Below, piece by piece: positions 38,788 to 48,097 of a stretch of DNA of 64,000 nucleotides. This DNA is from an uncultured Clostridia bacterium (GTDB lineage Bacteria; Bacillota; Clostridia; TANB77; CAG-508), in the NCBI GenBank assembly GCA_944391745.1, contig CALXUS010000010.1, forward strand, positions 339-64,338, read 5' to 3'. A program made the position numbers and the translations under genes. The notes under the pieces were generated by a model that had not been told where the DNA came from, searched no databases, and saw nothing but the letters and a program-made list of their open reading frames with translations. Position 1 is the first letter of the stretch. Every line of letters begins with the position of its first letter.

Positions 38788-40519
38788 TATCTTCTCCTCC
38801 TTTCATTTGTGAATTATATACTTCCTGGTATATTTTATTAGTTTTTAATAATTCTTCCGAAGTACCAATACCATTTATTTTTCCTTCATCCATTACAATA
38901 ATTCTGTCGCAATCTTCTACTGAAGTTACTCTTTGTGCAATTATTATTTTTGTAGTATTTGGTATTTCTTCTCTAAATGCTTTACGTATGTAACTATCTG
39001 TTTTTGTATCAACTGCACTTGTTGAGTCATCTAATATTAATATTTTTGGCTTTTTCAAAAGTGCTCTTGCAATACATAATCTCTGTCTTTGTCCACCAGA
39101 TACATTTGTACCACCTTGGTCAATATATGTATCATATTTATCTGGGAATTCTTGAATAAAGCTATCTGCTTGAGCTAATTTACATACTCTTTCAAGTTCT
39201 TCATCATCAGCATTTGGATTACCCCATCTTAAGTTTTCTGCTATTGTTCCAGAGAATAATACATTTTTCTGTAAAACCATAGAAACTTCGTCGCGAAGTG
39301 ATTCCATATCATAATCTTTTACATTAACTCCACCAACTTTAACAGTTCCTTTTGTTGCATCATAAAGTCTTGGAATAAGTTGCACTAATGAGGACTTAGA
39401 ACTTCCTGTTCCACCAATAATACCAATTGTTTCACCAGATTTAATTTCCAAGTTAATATCTTGAAGTGCAAATTTATTTGGATCTTTTTCATCACTATAA
39501 GCAAAACTTACATGATCAAATGTTATAGAACCATCTTTAATTGTTTTAATTGGATTTTTCTTATTCTTAATAAATGGCTCTTGGTCTATAACTTCTACAA
39601 TTCTTTCAGCAGATGATTGAGCTATAATAATCATAACAAATACCATAGAAAGCATCATTAAGCTCATAAGTATTTGCCAAGCATAAGTAATTAAGCTTGA
39701 TAATTCACCTGTTTGGAAAGTTCCTCCTATTATAAATTTAGCACCCAGCCATGAAATTATTAAAACTGAAAAATATACAACAAATTGCATAATAGGGCTA
39801 TTAAATGCTACAATTTTTTCAGCTTTTTTGAAGTAGTTATAAACCTCATTGTTTACGTCTTCAAACTTCTTCTCTTCATGTTCTTCATTTGCATAAGCTT
39901 TTACGACTCTAATGCCTCCAACATTTTCTTGCACTACTTCATTTAACTTATCATATTTTTTAAATACTCTTTCAAAATTTGGATGTGCTTTAATTGCTAT
40001 ATAAAATAGTGCTACTCCTAAAATTGGAATAGATACTAAGAATACACAAGATAATCTTACATCTATGCTAAATGCCATAAATAATGCAGCTAGTAGCATA
40101 ACTGGTCCTCTTATTAATATTCTTATAATCATCATGTAAGCCATTTGAACGTTTGTAACATCAGTTGTAAGTCTTGTTATTAAACTTGAAGTTGAAAATT
40201 TGTCTATATCTTCAAATGAAAAATTTTGAATTTTATAGAACATACCTTTTCTTAAATTTTTAGCAAATCCAGATGATGCTTTTGCTGCAAATCTTCCAGA
40301 AAGCATACCAAAAGCTAATGACATTATTGCAGATAAGGTTAATAATATTCCTATTTCAAGTATGTATTTAATATCACTATTAGGAATACCAACATCAATG
40401 ATTTTTGACATTAGCATTGGAATTATTACTTCCATTGCAACTTCTAAAACGACAAAAATTGGCGTTAAAATACTTGCTTTTTTGTACTCTTTAATGTAAC
40501 TTGCTAATTTTTTTATCAT
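38780..40519 (-). CDS. ABC exporter half-transporter (TMD-NBD), heterodimer partner 1
   Basis: NBD with GGTGSSKSS, VSGGQRQRLCIARA and ILDDSTS. The D in place of the Walker-B catalytic E (ILDD versus ILDE) suggests an asymmetric heterodimer. Start placed at ATG 40519 (MIKKLASY, AGGAAGG upstream). Confidence 0.9.
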   Translation of the reverse strand: MIKKLASYIKEYKKASILTPIFVVLEVAMEVIIPMLMSKIIDVGIPNSDIKYILEIGILLTLSAIMSLAFGMLSGRFAAKASSGFAKNLRKGMFYKIQNFSFEDIDKFSTSSLITRLTTDVTNVQMAYMMIIRILIRGPVMLLAALFMAFSIDVRLSCVFLVSIPILGVALFYIAIKAHPNFERVFKKYDKLNEVVQENVGGIRVVKAYANEEHEEKKFEDVNNEVYNYFKKAEKIVAFNSPIMQFVVYFSVLIISWLGAKFIIGGTFQTGELSSLITYAWQILMSLMMLSMVFVMIIIAQSSAERIVEVIDQEPFIKNKKNPIKTIKDGSITFDHVSFAYSDEKDPNKFALQDINLEIKSGETIGIIGGTGSSKSSLVQLIPRLYDATKGTVKVGGVNVKDYDMESLRDEVSMVLQKNVLFSGTIAENLRWGNPNADDEELERVCKLAQADSFIQEFPDKYDTYIDQGGTNVSGGQRQRLCIARALLKKPKILILDDSTSAVDTKTDSYIRKAFREEIPNTTKIIIAQRVTSVEDCDRIIVMDEGKINGIGTSEELLKTNKIYQEVYNSQMKGGEDNE

Positions 40520-40573
40520 TTTCTTTTTCCTTCCTTTCATTTAAGTTTTAGCTGTTTTTTTGAGATAATTTGT

Positions 40574-40650
40574 GGATGCTTTTGGGGACACCTTCCGAAA
40601 ACAGCTTAATTTGCGTAGGCTGTTTTCGGAAGGTGTCCCCAAAAGCATCC
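40574..40650. repeat. perfect 32-bp inverted repeat (13-nt loop) in the ABC operon leader
   Basis: GGATGCTTTTGGGGACACCTTCCGAAAACAGC (40574-40605) is the exact reverse complement of 40619-40650. The element is 38/77 G+C. Confidence 0.95.
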
Positions 40651-40715
40651 CTCCCTAAAAGCAGCCCCCAAAACAGCTTTATAAAAATCAATAATTGCTA
40701 ACAAAATGGCGATTT

Positions 40716-40744
40716 AAAAAGAACAAATGTAATTTGTTCTTTTT
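40716..40744 (-). terminator. marR terminator
   Basis: AAAAAGAACAAAT-gta-ATTTGTTCTTTTT is a 13-bp stem directly after the marR stop codon. Minus-strand tail is TTTTTAAAT. Confidence 0.65.
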
Positions 40745-40745
40745 A

Positions 40746-41171
40746 TTATTTTATATTATTGGACATCTGAGTTATTATTCTACTAAAATTTTCAAGGTCT
40801 TCTTTTGATAGTCCTTCTTTTAATTTCATTTCATTTTCTTTAATTGCCTTTTCAACTTCTTTTTGAAATGTTAATGCTTTTTCAGTAAGAATGATACTTT
40901 TTAACCTAGCATCTTTGTTTTCAGTTGTTCTTACTATCATTTCTTGTTTTTCTAAAAGTCTTAAAATTCCAGCAGATGTAGCTCTTCTCATATCAAATTC
41001 TTTTTCTATGTCTCGTGAATATACTAGTCCATTTTTTGATTTTCTATATATGTATCCTAATATTGCAGATTGTACACCTGTAATATTGTACTTGTATAAT
41101 AGTTTATCCATTTTTCTTTTAATTTGTCTTGAGAGTATATGTATTTTAAGTCCAATATCAGGTTTTTCCAT
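40746..41171 (-). CDS. MarR family transcriptional regulator
   Basis: 141 aa. Winged-HTH region YSRDIEKEFDMRRATSAGILRLLEKQEMIVR. Confidence 0.85.
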   Translation of the reverse strand: MEKPDIGLKIHILSRQIKRKMDKLLYKYNITGVQSAILGYIYRKSKNGLVYSRDIEKEFDMRRATSAGILRLLEKQEMIVRTTENKDARLKSIILTEKALTFQKEVEKAIKENEMKLKEGLSKEDLENFSRIITQMSNNIK

Positions 41172-41196
41172 TTGTTAGCCTCCTAACATATTAGAT

Positions 41197-41225
41197 ATCT
41201 TACAACATAATTTTTTGTTTGTCAA
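41197..41225 (-). promoter_or_regulatory. candidate marR promoter
   Basis: Minus strand reads TTGACA (41225-41220), 17 nt, TAAGAT (41202-41197). AGGAGG Shine-Dalgarno downstream. Confidence 0.5.
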
Positions 41226-41285
41226 GAAATTTTAAATTATAATTTTGTATTTATATTTATTAAATTATATTTATTTTATAATATA

Positions 41286-41322
41286 AAATGAACTTTGAGT
41301 TTATATTTCTCAAAGTTCATTT
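41286..41322 (-). terminator. hairpin after the DUF378 gene
   Basis: AAATGAACTTTGAG / CTCAAAGTTCATTT is a perfect 14-bp stem with a 9-nt loop. Both flanks are A/T runs. Confidence 0.55.
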
Positions 41323-41328
41323 TTTTGA

Positions 41329-41526
41329 TTAGTCATTATGTTCATACATAAAGTATCTTATTGACCACAATCCTGATAATCCAACTAAGGCATATATAAT
41401 TCTACTAACTATACTCATTGTACCAAATATGCTATCTACTAAGTTAAAACCAAAGAATCCTATTAATCCCCAGTTGATTGCGCCAATGATGACTAAAACT
41501 AAAGCAATTCTGTCAACTATTTTCAT
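41329..41526 (-). CDS. DUF378 domain-containing membrane protein
   Basis: 65 aa. IALVLVIIGAINWGLIGFFGFNLV is the typical DUF378 signature. AGGAG Shine-Dalgarno. Confidence 0.8.
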   Translation of the reverse strand: MKIVDRIALVLVIIGAINWGLIGFFGFNLVDSIFGTMSIVSRIIYALVGLSGLWSIRYFMYEHND

Positions 41527-41634
41527 TTTCTTTTACTCCTATCTTTTAGTTTTACATTCTTAGTTTCTGCAATTTTTTTAATATTATTCATTGATATTTT
41601 TTCAACTTTTTCAATTTTTGACATTTTTTTCACT

Positions 41635-42321
41635 TTATTTACAAAATCTGTGTTTACCTATTGTTACAGTCATTGGTCTAGACCAAATCCATTTATTAGT
41701 TGCAGTTGCAGGATTGAAGTAATATATTGCTCCATAGGTAGGATCCCATCCATTAATTGCATCTTGTGCTGCTTTTCTAGCTGTTTCATTAGGTGTTAAG
41801 TTTATTTGTCCATCTGAAACGCAGTCAAATGCTCCTGATTGATAAACAACTCCCGAAATAGTATTAGGGAATGAACTTGATTTTACTCTATTTAGTACCA
41901 CTGCTGCAACAGCTACTTGACCAGTATAACTTTCTCCTCTAGCTTCACCATATACGACTCTGCTTAGCAAATTTAAATTACTAGAACTTACATTGCTACT
42001 AGATGTAGATGAATTATTAGAAGAATTATAAATTCCCATTGCTTCTAAAGTTTTTGTACCAGCAATTCCATCTACCTTTAATCCATTTTTCTTTTGAAAA
42101 TTTTTTACAGCTGCTAGTGTTCCACTACCATAAATTCCGTCTACATTTCCACTATAATATCCCCATCTTTTTAGTTTTGTTTGTATTTGTCTAACTTCTT
42201 CTCCTCTTGAGCCATACTTTGAAAGGGCTAAAACTTCAGCATTTCTAACAACCACATTATAGCTTACAAAAAGCATTACTGCTATTATCAATAACACGCT
42301 AACTTGTTTTCTAATTTTCAT
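41635..42321 (-). CDS. sleB: spore cortex-lytic enzyme SleB-like (PG_binding_1 plus Hydrolase_2)
   Basis: PG-binding repeat VRQIQTKLKRWGYYSGNVDGIYGSGTLAAVKNFQ. Hydrolase core GEARGESYTGQVAVAAVVLNRVKS..VVYQSGAF. Start placed at ATG 42321 (GAGGA 8 nt upstream). Confidence 0.8.
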   Translation of the reverse strand: MKIRKQVSVLLIIAVMLFVSYNVVVRNAEVLALSKYGSRGEEVRQIQTKLKRWGYYSGNVDGIYGSGTLAAVKNFQKKNGLKVDGIAGTKTLEAMGIYNSSNNSSTSSSNVSSSNLNLLSRVVYGEARGESYTGQVAVAAVVLNRVKSSSFPNTISGVVYQSGAFDCVSDGQINLTPNETARKAAQDAINGWDPTYGAIYYFNPATATNKWIWSRPMTVTIGKHRFCK

Positions 42322-42344
42322 CAAATTTATCCTCATCAATTTTA

Positions 42345-42392
42345 ATAATAAAAAACCTTCTTGGTATTATTTTTACCAAAAAAGGTTTTTTT
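42345..42392 (-). terminator. fhs terminator
   Basis: Minus strand reads AAAAACCTTTTTTGGTA..TACCAAGAAGGTTTTT (internal bulge) followed by TATTATT. Confidence 0.55.
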
Positions 42393-42417
42393 ATGCATTT
42401 TTTTATTTATATCTTTT

Positions 42418-44070
42418 TTAAAATATTCCTATAATATTTCCTTTTTCATCAATATCTATTGATTCTGCTGCAGGTATTTTTGGTAATCCAGGCATTGTCA
42501 TAATTTTTCCTGTTTTAACTACTACAAACTCTGCTCCATTCTTTAATTCAACTGAGCTAACATGAATATCAAAAGGTTTATCGCATAACAAGTTTTTAGG
42601 ATCATCTGAAAAAGAATATTGAGTTTTTGCTATGCAAACTGGCATATTATTAGCTAGTTCTCTTATTTCTTCTATCTCATTTCTAGCTTCTTCAGAATAT
42701 ATAACATTATTAGCTCCATAAATTTCTTTAGCAACTTTTTCAATTTTTTCTTCAATAGTCGTATTTAATTCATATATTGGGTTAAAGTTTTTAGGTAATT
42801 CACATATTTTGATAACTTTTTGTGCTAGATCTTTTGCTCCTTCTCCACCTTTTTCCCAATTTTCTAATAAACTGAAGTCTACTTTTCCTTCCAATTCATT
42901 TTGTAACAAATTTATTTCATCTTCAGAATCAGTATTAAACTTATTAATTGCAACAATAGGATTCAATCCATATTTTTTTATATTTTCAACGTGTTTTAAT
43001 AGATTTCTTATTCCTACCTTTAAAGCTTTAGAATTTTCAATAGTGACTTCATTTTTTGGAACTCCGCCATGATACTTTAATGCTCTTAATGTTGCAACTA
43101 TAACAACTGCATCTGGTGAAACATTTAATTTTCTGCATTTAATATCTAAAAACTTTTCTGCTCCTAAATCTGCTCCAAAACCCGCTTCTGTTACTGTGTA
43201 ATCAGCTAATTTCATTGCCATTTTCGTTGCTAAAATGCTATTGCATCCGTGTGCTATATTAGCAAATGGTCCTCCATGAATTATCGCAGGATTATTTTCT
43301 AATGTTTGAACTAAATTTGGATTAAGGGCATCCTTTAAAAGTACTGTAAGACTTCCTTCCGCTTTTAAATCATGGCAAGTTATTGGTTTATTTTCTTTAT
43401 TATATCCTACAATAATATTTCCTAATCTTCTTTTTAAATCTTCAATAGAAGTTGCCAAACAGAATATTGCCATTATTTCTGATGCTACAGTTATATCAAA
43501 ATGATCTTGGCGTGGAACCATATTCTTTTCTCCTGAAAGTCCTATTTCAACTGTTCTTAACGCTCTATCATTTAAGTCAACACATCTTTTCCAAACAACT
43601 TTTTCAAAACCTAATTCATTTCCTTGAAAAATATGATTATCTATTATAGCACTTAATAAATTATTTGCTGAAGTAATTGCATGTATGTCTCCAGTAAAAT
43701 GTAAATTAATATCCTCCATTGGAGCAACTTGAGAATGTCCTCCTCCTGTTGCTCCTCCTTTTATTCCAAATACAGGTCCAAGTGATGGTTCTCTAAGTGC
43801 AAGAATCGCTTTTTTTCCAATAGAATTTAACCCATCTGCCAATCCTATTGAAGTTGTTGTTTTTCCCTCTCCTAAAGGAGTAGGATTAATTGCAGTAACT
43901 AAAATTAATTTACCATTTTTCTTATCATTTAATTTTTTTAAATAATTCAAAGATATTTTTGCTTTATATTTGCCTATTGGTTCGATATCTTCTTCTGGTA
44001 TATTTAGCTTATTTACTATTTCTGTTATATTTTTTAATTTTGCACTTCTTGCTATTTCTATATCTCCCAT
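42418..44070 (-). CDS. fhs: formate--tetrahydrofolate ligase
   Basis: 550 aa. TPLGEGKTTTSIGL and the overall FTHFS layout. Confidence 0.95.
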   Translation of the reverse strand: MGDIEIARSAKLKNITEIVNKLNIPEEDIEPIGKYKAKISLNYLKKLNDKKNGKLILVTAINPTPLGEGKTTTSIGLADGLNSIGKKAILALREPSLGPVFGIKGGATGGGHSQVAPMEDINLHFTGDIHAITSANNLLSAIIDNHIFQGNELGFEKVVWKRCVDLNDRALRTVEIGLSGEKNMVPRQDHFDITVASEIMAIFCLATSIEDLKRRLGNIIVGYNKENKPITCHDLKAEGSLTVLLKDALNPNLVQTLENNPAIIHGGPFANIAHGCNSILATKMAMKLADYTVTEAGFGADLGAEKFLDIKCRKLNVSPDAVVIVATLRALKYHGGVPKNEVTIENSKALKVGIRNLLKHVENIKKYGLNPIVAINKFNTDSEDEINLLQNELEGKVDFSLLENWEKGGEGAKDLAQKVIKICELPKNFNPIYELNTTIEEKIEKVAKEIYGANNVIYSEEARNEIEEIRELANNMPVCIAKTQYSFSDDPKNLLCDKPFDIHVSSVELKNGAEFVVVKTGKIMTMPGLPKIPAAESIDIDEKGNIIGIF

Positions 44071-44093
44071 ATCATCACCCTCCTATATTTATT

Positions 44094-44522
44094 TTAAAAG
44101 ATTAATCCGGCTACTAATCCAATCATTGCTCCTGCAGCTACTTGAACTGGAGTATGACCTGTTTTTTCTTGTAAATATTCACTTGGTGTCATATCTTTTA
44201 CTTTTTTTACAACATCATTTAATACATGTGCTTGTTCACCTACTGCTCTTCTTACTCCTGCAGCATCATACATTGTTATAAATGCAAACATAGCACTTAG
44301 TGCAAATATGGGTTCATCTATTCCTATATGTTTTCCTATTAAAGTAGCCAAAGAAACAACTACAGCTGAATGTGAACTTGGCATACCTCCTGCTCCCATA
44401 AATCTTTTAAAGTTCCATTTTCCTTCTGTAAAGAACTCATATAATACTTTAAACATCTGTATTCCAAACCATAATGTAATCGGCACAATTAAATATTTAT
44501 ATTGATTAAAAAATCCTAGCAT
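44094..44522 (-). CDS. divergent PAP2 family protein (DUF212)
   Basis: 142 aa. GGMPSSHSA and YDAAGVRR motifs. Confidence 0.8.
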   Translation of the reverse strand: MLGFFNQYKYLIVPITLWFGIQMFKVLYEFFTEGKWNFKRFMGAGGMPSSHSAVVVSLATLIGKHIGIDEPIFALSAMFAFITMYDAAGVRRAVGEQAHVLNDVVKKVKDMTPSEYLQEKTGHTPVQVAAGAMIGLVAGLIF

Positions 44523-44543
44523 ATTGTTTCCCCTTAATATAAT

Positions 44544-44768
44544 TTAGTCATTTTGATCTTCATTTAATTTAAAATCTTTTTCTTCTCCATTTATTAATAC
44601 TGTTATCTTTTTTTCTGCATCTTCTAATATTTTATTACATTTTTGAGACAATTTCATTCCCTCTTCAAATTTTTTTACTGATGTATCTAAATCCAAATTG
44701 TCATTTTCTAATTCACTAGCTATTGTTTCTAATTTTTGCATAGCTTGTTCAAAAGTTAATTCTTCCAT
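44544..44768 (-). CDS. xseB: exodeoxyribonuclease VII small subunit
   Basis: 74 aa. FEQAMQKLETIASELE..L..S...FEEGMKL. Lies directly downstream of xseA. Confidence 0.85.
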   Translation of the reverse strand: MEELTFEQAMQKLETIASELENDNLDLDTSVKKFEEGMKLSQKCNKILEDAEKKITVLINGEEKDFKLNEDQND

Positions 44769-44786
44769 TTCTTTTTCCTTTCATTT

Positions 44787-45998
44787 TTAAAAATTAGATA
44801 TTTTTGTTTTATCAATTACTTTTGTTTTAAGTTTACCATCTAAAATTCTTAATTCAATTTCATCATTAATTTCAATGTCATCTACTTTATATACAACTTT
44901 TCCATTTTTTTCAGCTATACTATATCCTCTAGTAAGTGTTTTTAGTGGGCTTAAAGCATCTAATTTAGCATATAATTTTACTGCTTCTGCTTTAGACTTT
45001 GTAATTTTATTATTTATATTATTTTGAATTGATTTTACTAACATATCTAAACTTATTGCTTTTTCATTTATTTTTTGTAGAGGTTCTTTAAAAACTCTTC
45101 TTGTCATACACTTTTCGTATCTCATTTTCATAAGTTCTAATTTTCTTTTTAAAGCGACTCTATATCTATTTTGATATGTACTTATTGTATAAGCTACGTC
45201 TGCAATATTAGGTACTGCTAATTCTGCTGCGGCAGATGGAGTAGGAGCTCTTAAATCTGCTACAAAATCTGCTATTGTAAAATCAGTTTCATGCCCAACT
45301 GCAGATATTATAGGCAATTTAGAATCATAAATTGCTCTAGCAACTATTTCTTCATTAAAAGGCCATAAATCTTCAAGGGATCCTCCTCCTCGTCCAATTA
45401 TTAATACATCTGCTAGCTTTTCCTCGTTCATCTTTTTAATTCCATCAGCAATTTGCTCAGCAGCTCCAGGTCCTTGAACCGGAACAGGTAGTAATCTTAT
45501 ATGAACATTAGGATTTCTTCTTGTAGAGACATTAATTATATCTCTAATAACGGCTCCTGTTGAAGATGTTAAAACACCTATTGTCTTAGGAAACATAGGT
45601 ATTCTTTTTTTATGTTCTTGTGAGAATAGACCTTCTTTTTCTAGTTTAGCTTTGAGCTTTTGGTATTCTTCATATAAACTTCCAACACCTTCTTGCTTCA
45701 TTGCTTTACAATATATTTGATAAACTCCATCTCTTTCAAAAACAGAAACGCTACCAAAAACTGCTACTTTCATACCATCTTTTGGTACAAATTGCAAATG
45801 AGGCGTATAACTTTTAAACATAATACATTTAATAAGTGAGCTTTCATCTTTTAAAGTAAAATACAAATGTCCAGTATAATGCCATTTAAAATTTGAAATC
45901 TCACCTTTTACATATACATTATTTAAAAATTCGTCTCCATCTATTTTCTCTTTAATGTATTTATTTAGCTCTTGAACTGTAATAGGTTTTATGTCCAT
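44787..45998 (-). CDS. xseA: exodeoxyribonuclease VII large subunit
   Basis: 403 aa. N-terminal OB fold (VKGEISNFKWHYTGHLYFTLKD) and catalytic region GRGGGSLEDLWPFNEE. Confidence 0.9.
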   Translation of the reverse strand: MDIKPITVQELNKYIKEKIDGDEFLNNVYVKGEISNFKWHYTGHLYFTLKDESSLIKCIMFKSYTPHLQFVPKDGMKVAVFGSVSVFERDGVYQIYCKAMKQEGVGSLYEEYQKLKAKLEKEGLFSQEHKKRIPMFPKTIGVLTSSTGAVIRDIINVSTRRNPNVHIRLLPVPVQGPGAAEQIADGIKKMNEEKLADVLIIGRGGGSLEDLWPFNEEIVARAIYDSKLPIISAVGHETDFTIADFVADLRAPTPSAAAELAVPNIADVAYTISTYQNRYRVALKRKLELMKMRYEKCMTRRVFKEPLQKINEKAISLDMLVKSIQNNINNKITKSKAEAVKLYAKLDALSPLKTLTRGYSIAEKNGKVVYKVDDIEINDEIELRILDGKLKTKVIDKTKISNF

Positions 45999-46044
45999 TA
46001 TAAATATCCCTTCTAGAAAATATTATATTTCTTTTGTATTAGTA

Positions 46045-46461
46045 CTATTCAGCAATGTTATTTTTCTTAATAACACTAGCAAGAACGCCATTAACAAAAG
46101 ATTTTGAATTATCATCACCATATTTCTTTGCAAGTTCTACAACTTCATTAATTACAACCTTATATGGTAATTTAGAATATAATATTTCATATATTCCTAA
46201 TTTTAATAATGTAAGATCTATTTTAGATATTCTTGTAATGTCCCATTCTGATTTGATATTATCTGATATATTTGCTTCTATTTTTTCATTATTATTTTTT
46301 ACACCCCAAATAATATCTTTAATATAGTTTAAGGCATCATCGTCATTAATTTCATTTTCTTGAACAAATAACTCAATTTGTTCATCTATATTTGTTTCTT
46401 CCATTAGTTCTATACTATATAATAATTTAAATGCTTGCTCTCTTGCCTCAGTTCTTTTCAT
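46045..46461 (-). CDS. nusB: transcription antitermination factor NusB
   Basis: 138 aa. RTEAREQAFKLLYS...NGVLASV. Confidence 0.9.
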   Translation of the reverse strand: MKRTEAREQAFKLLYSIELMEETNIDEQIELFVQENEINDDDALNYIKDIIWGVKNNNEKIEANISDNIKSEWDITRISKIDLTLLKLGIYEILYSKLPYKVVINEVVELAKKYGDDNSKSFVNGVLASVIKKNNIAE

Positions 46462-46486
46462 TTATGCTTTTCATTCCTTTCAATTC

Positions 46487-46690
46487 TTACATTTTATCGA
46501 TTATTTTTCTTAATTTTTCTTTTACTTTATCTTTATTATGTTGAAAATAATTGCCTGCCCATATTCCCATACCAACTAATACTATACCAATAACAAGCCT
46601 GTACATATCTGTGCAAGCTATGATAAGAGCAACTATTCCACCTAATAAAGCTCCCCAATAATTTGCTAAAAATTTTTTAAAATCGTCCAT
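46487..46690 (-). CDS. DUF2273 small integral membrane protein
   Basis: 67 aa with two TM helices. Occupies the canonical position between amaP and nusB. Confidence 0.7.
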   Translation of the reverse strand: MDDFKKFLANYWGALLGGIVALIIACTDMYRLVIGIVLVGMGIWAGNYFQHNKDKVKEKLRKIIDKM

Positions 46691-46704
46691 TTCGCACCTC
46701 CATA

Positions 46705-47304
46705 TTATTCTTCAGTTGTAGCATTACTTTCTTGGCTTTTTTCTTCTGTGCGCGTTTGTTCTTCTCTTTCTACATCATTTACTTTTATATTAATTTCTTT
46801 TATTTCTAAATCTGTAGCTTTCTTTACATTTTCTTTGATTTTATTTTGTAATTTTGTAGAAACATCTTTAATTATTGTTTCTTTTTGTATATTTATTTCA
46901 ATATTAACATATACATCATTATTTTGATCTAATAAAACTTCTGTATAAGCACCTTCGATATTCTTAAAATCATCTATTGTTGCATTTATTAGATTTTTAA
47001 TTGTTCCTTTTGTTATTAATAATTTTCCATTATCATTTTGTAGTAATATTCCCTCATCGTCATCTTCTTTTTGTGATTTTCTTTCCCAGCTTGGGAAAAA
47101 TAAACATTTAACTGCTAATAAAATTAATACAATTCCTATGCCTATTGTAATATACATTCCATTCTGTGAAGAAATTGCATTAGTTACAGCAATTGTTATT
47201 ATAGATACATCTATCCAACCAAAAGCTATTAAACAGATTAAAATAGATAAAATTAAAGTAATAAGTGAGAATATTGCTAATCCTAGCTTGTCCAAAAATT
47301 TCAT
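46705..47304 (-). CDS. amaP: alkaline shock response membrane anchor protein AmaP-like
   Basis: 199 aa. Two N-terminal TM helices plus an Asp23-like C-terminal region. Lies directly downstream of asp23. Confidence 0.65.
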   Translation of the reverse strand: MKFLDKLGLAIFSLITLILSILICLIAFGWIDVSIITIAVTNAISSQNGMYITIGIGIVLILLAVKCLFFPSWERKSQKEDDDEGILLQNDNGKLLITKGTIKNLINATIDDFKNIEGAYTEVLLDQNNDVYVNIEINIQKETIIKDVSTKLQNKIKENVKKATDLEIKEINIKVNDVEREEQTRTEEKSQESNATTEE

Positions 47305-47370
47305 TTAATACACATTCCTTTATTTAAATTTAGGTTTTTAAAGGATTTACCTATAAACCTTTATTAATAA

Positions 47371-47847
47371 TTATTCTTTTTTTGTACTCTTTTTATTTTC
47401 TTTTTTGTCGTCCTCTTTTTCTTCTACTTTATTGTCATCACTTTTCTTTTCTTCTACTTGTGCTGTACTTACTCCTTGTACATGAACATTTACCTCTAAA
47501 ACATTAAGTCCTGTCATATTTTCAACTGATTTTTTTACTCTTTTTTGAATTTCAAATGCTACATCTGGAATTCTAGCACCGTATTCTACAATTATATTTA
47601 CATCTATTCTGGTATCTTTATTATCAAGTATTTCAACCTTAATTCCCTTTGCTAGGTTCTTTTTTCCACTTAGAACTTCAGAAATTCCACCTGCAAAACC
47701 TCCTGCCATTTCTGCTACTCCTGATACTTCTGAAGCAGACATTCCTGCTATAACTGCAACAACATCGTCAGAAATTTCTATGTTATTTTCCCCTTCACTT
47801 AAAACAATTTCTTCTTCTTTTTTTACTGGTTTCTTTTCTTCACTCAT
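47371..47847 (-). CDS. Asp23/Gls24 family envelope stress response protein
   Basis: ISDDVVAVIAGMSASEVSGV...VNVHVQGV core plus an acidic/basic C-terminal tail. Confidence 0.85.
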   Translation of the reverse strand: MSEEKKPVKKEEEIVLSEGENNIEISDDVVAVIAGMSASEVSGVAEMAGGFAGGISEVLSGKKNLAKGIKVEILDNKDTRIDVNIIVEYGARIPDVAFEIQKRVKKSVENMTGLNVLEVNVHVQGVSTAQVEEKKSDDNKVEEKEDDKKENKKSTKKE

Positions 47848-48026
47848 AATAATACCTACCTTTCTAAGCTTAAATTTAATAATATCTTTAATTGTTATTT
47901 ACTTTTATAGATATTCTAAGTATACCAATATATGCTTAATTTTACAAGTATTTACGCATAAAATTTATTATAATTCTATTAATTTTTTTTAATATTTTTA
48001 GAAAAAATTTAATTTTACCTATTTTT

Positions 48027-48089
48027 CTATTTACATTTTTAATTTATTAATGATATACTTATTTTAGAAATTTTTTTTACGAAAGAAGT
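48027..48089 (+). promoter_or_regulatory. conserved promoter/leader block, copy 1 (TTTACA-18-TATACT plus ACGAAAGAAGT)
   Basis: By hand alignment, 55 of 60 aligned positions (3 gap positions) are identical to 54799-54858. -35 TTTACA at 48030-48035 and TGATATACT ending at 48059. Confidence 0.6.
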
Positions 48090-48097
48090 GTATTAAT

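Noticed and set aside
40513-40650. Possible leader peptide inside the palindrome. On the minus strand, MLLGTPSENSLRKLSCFRKVSPKASTNYLKKTAKT (35 aa) is read from ATG 40648. A mirror ORF starts at ATG 40576 on the plus strand.
   Set aside because: The GGGAGG upstream sits only about 1 nt from the ATG, which is too close to serve as a Shine-Dalgarno. The same ATG-led frame appears on both strands simply because the sequence is a palindrome. I kept it only as a caveat for the attenuator idea.
41523-41624. 33-codon lysine-rich ORF (MSKIEKVEKISMNNIKKIAETKNVKLKDRSKRK) ending in an ATGA overlap with the DUF378 start
   Set aside because: It has no convincing Shine-Dalgarno (AAGTGA only). A lysine-rich translation is expected from A-rich spacer DNA. 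The region also has to contain the Shine-Dalgarno of the DUF378 gene.
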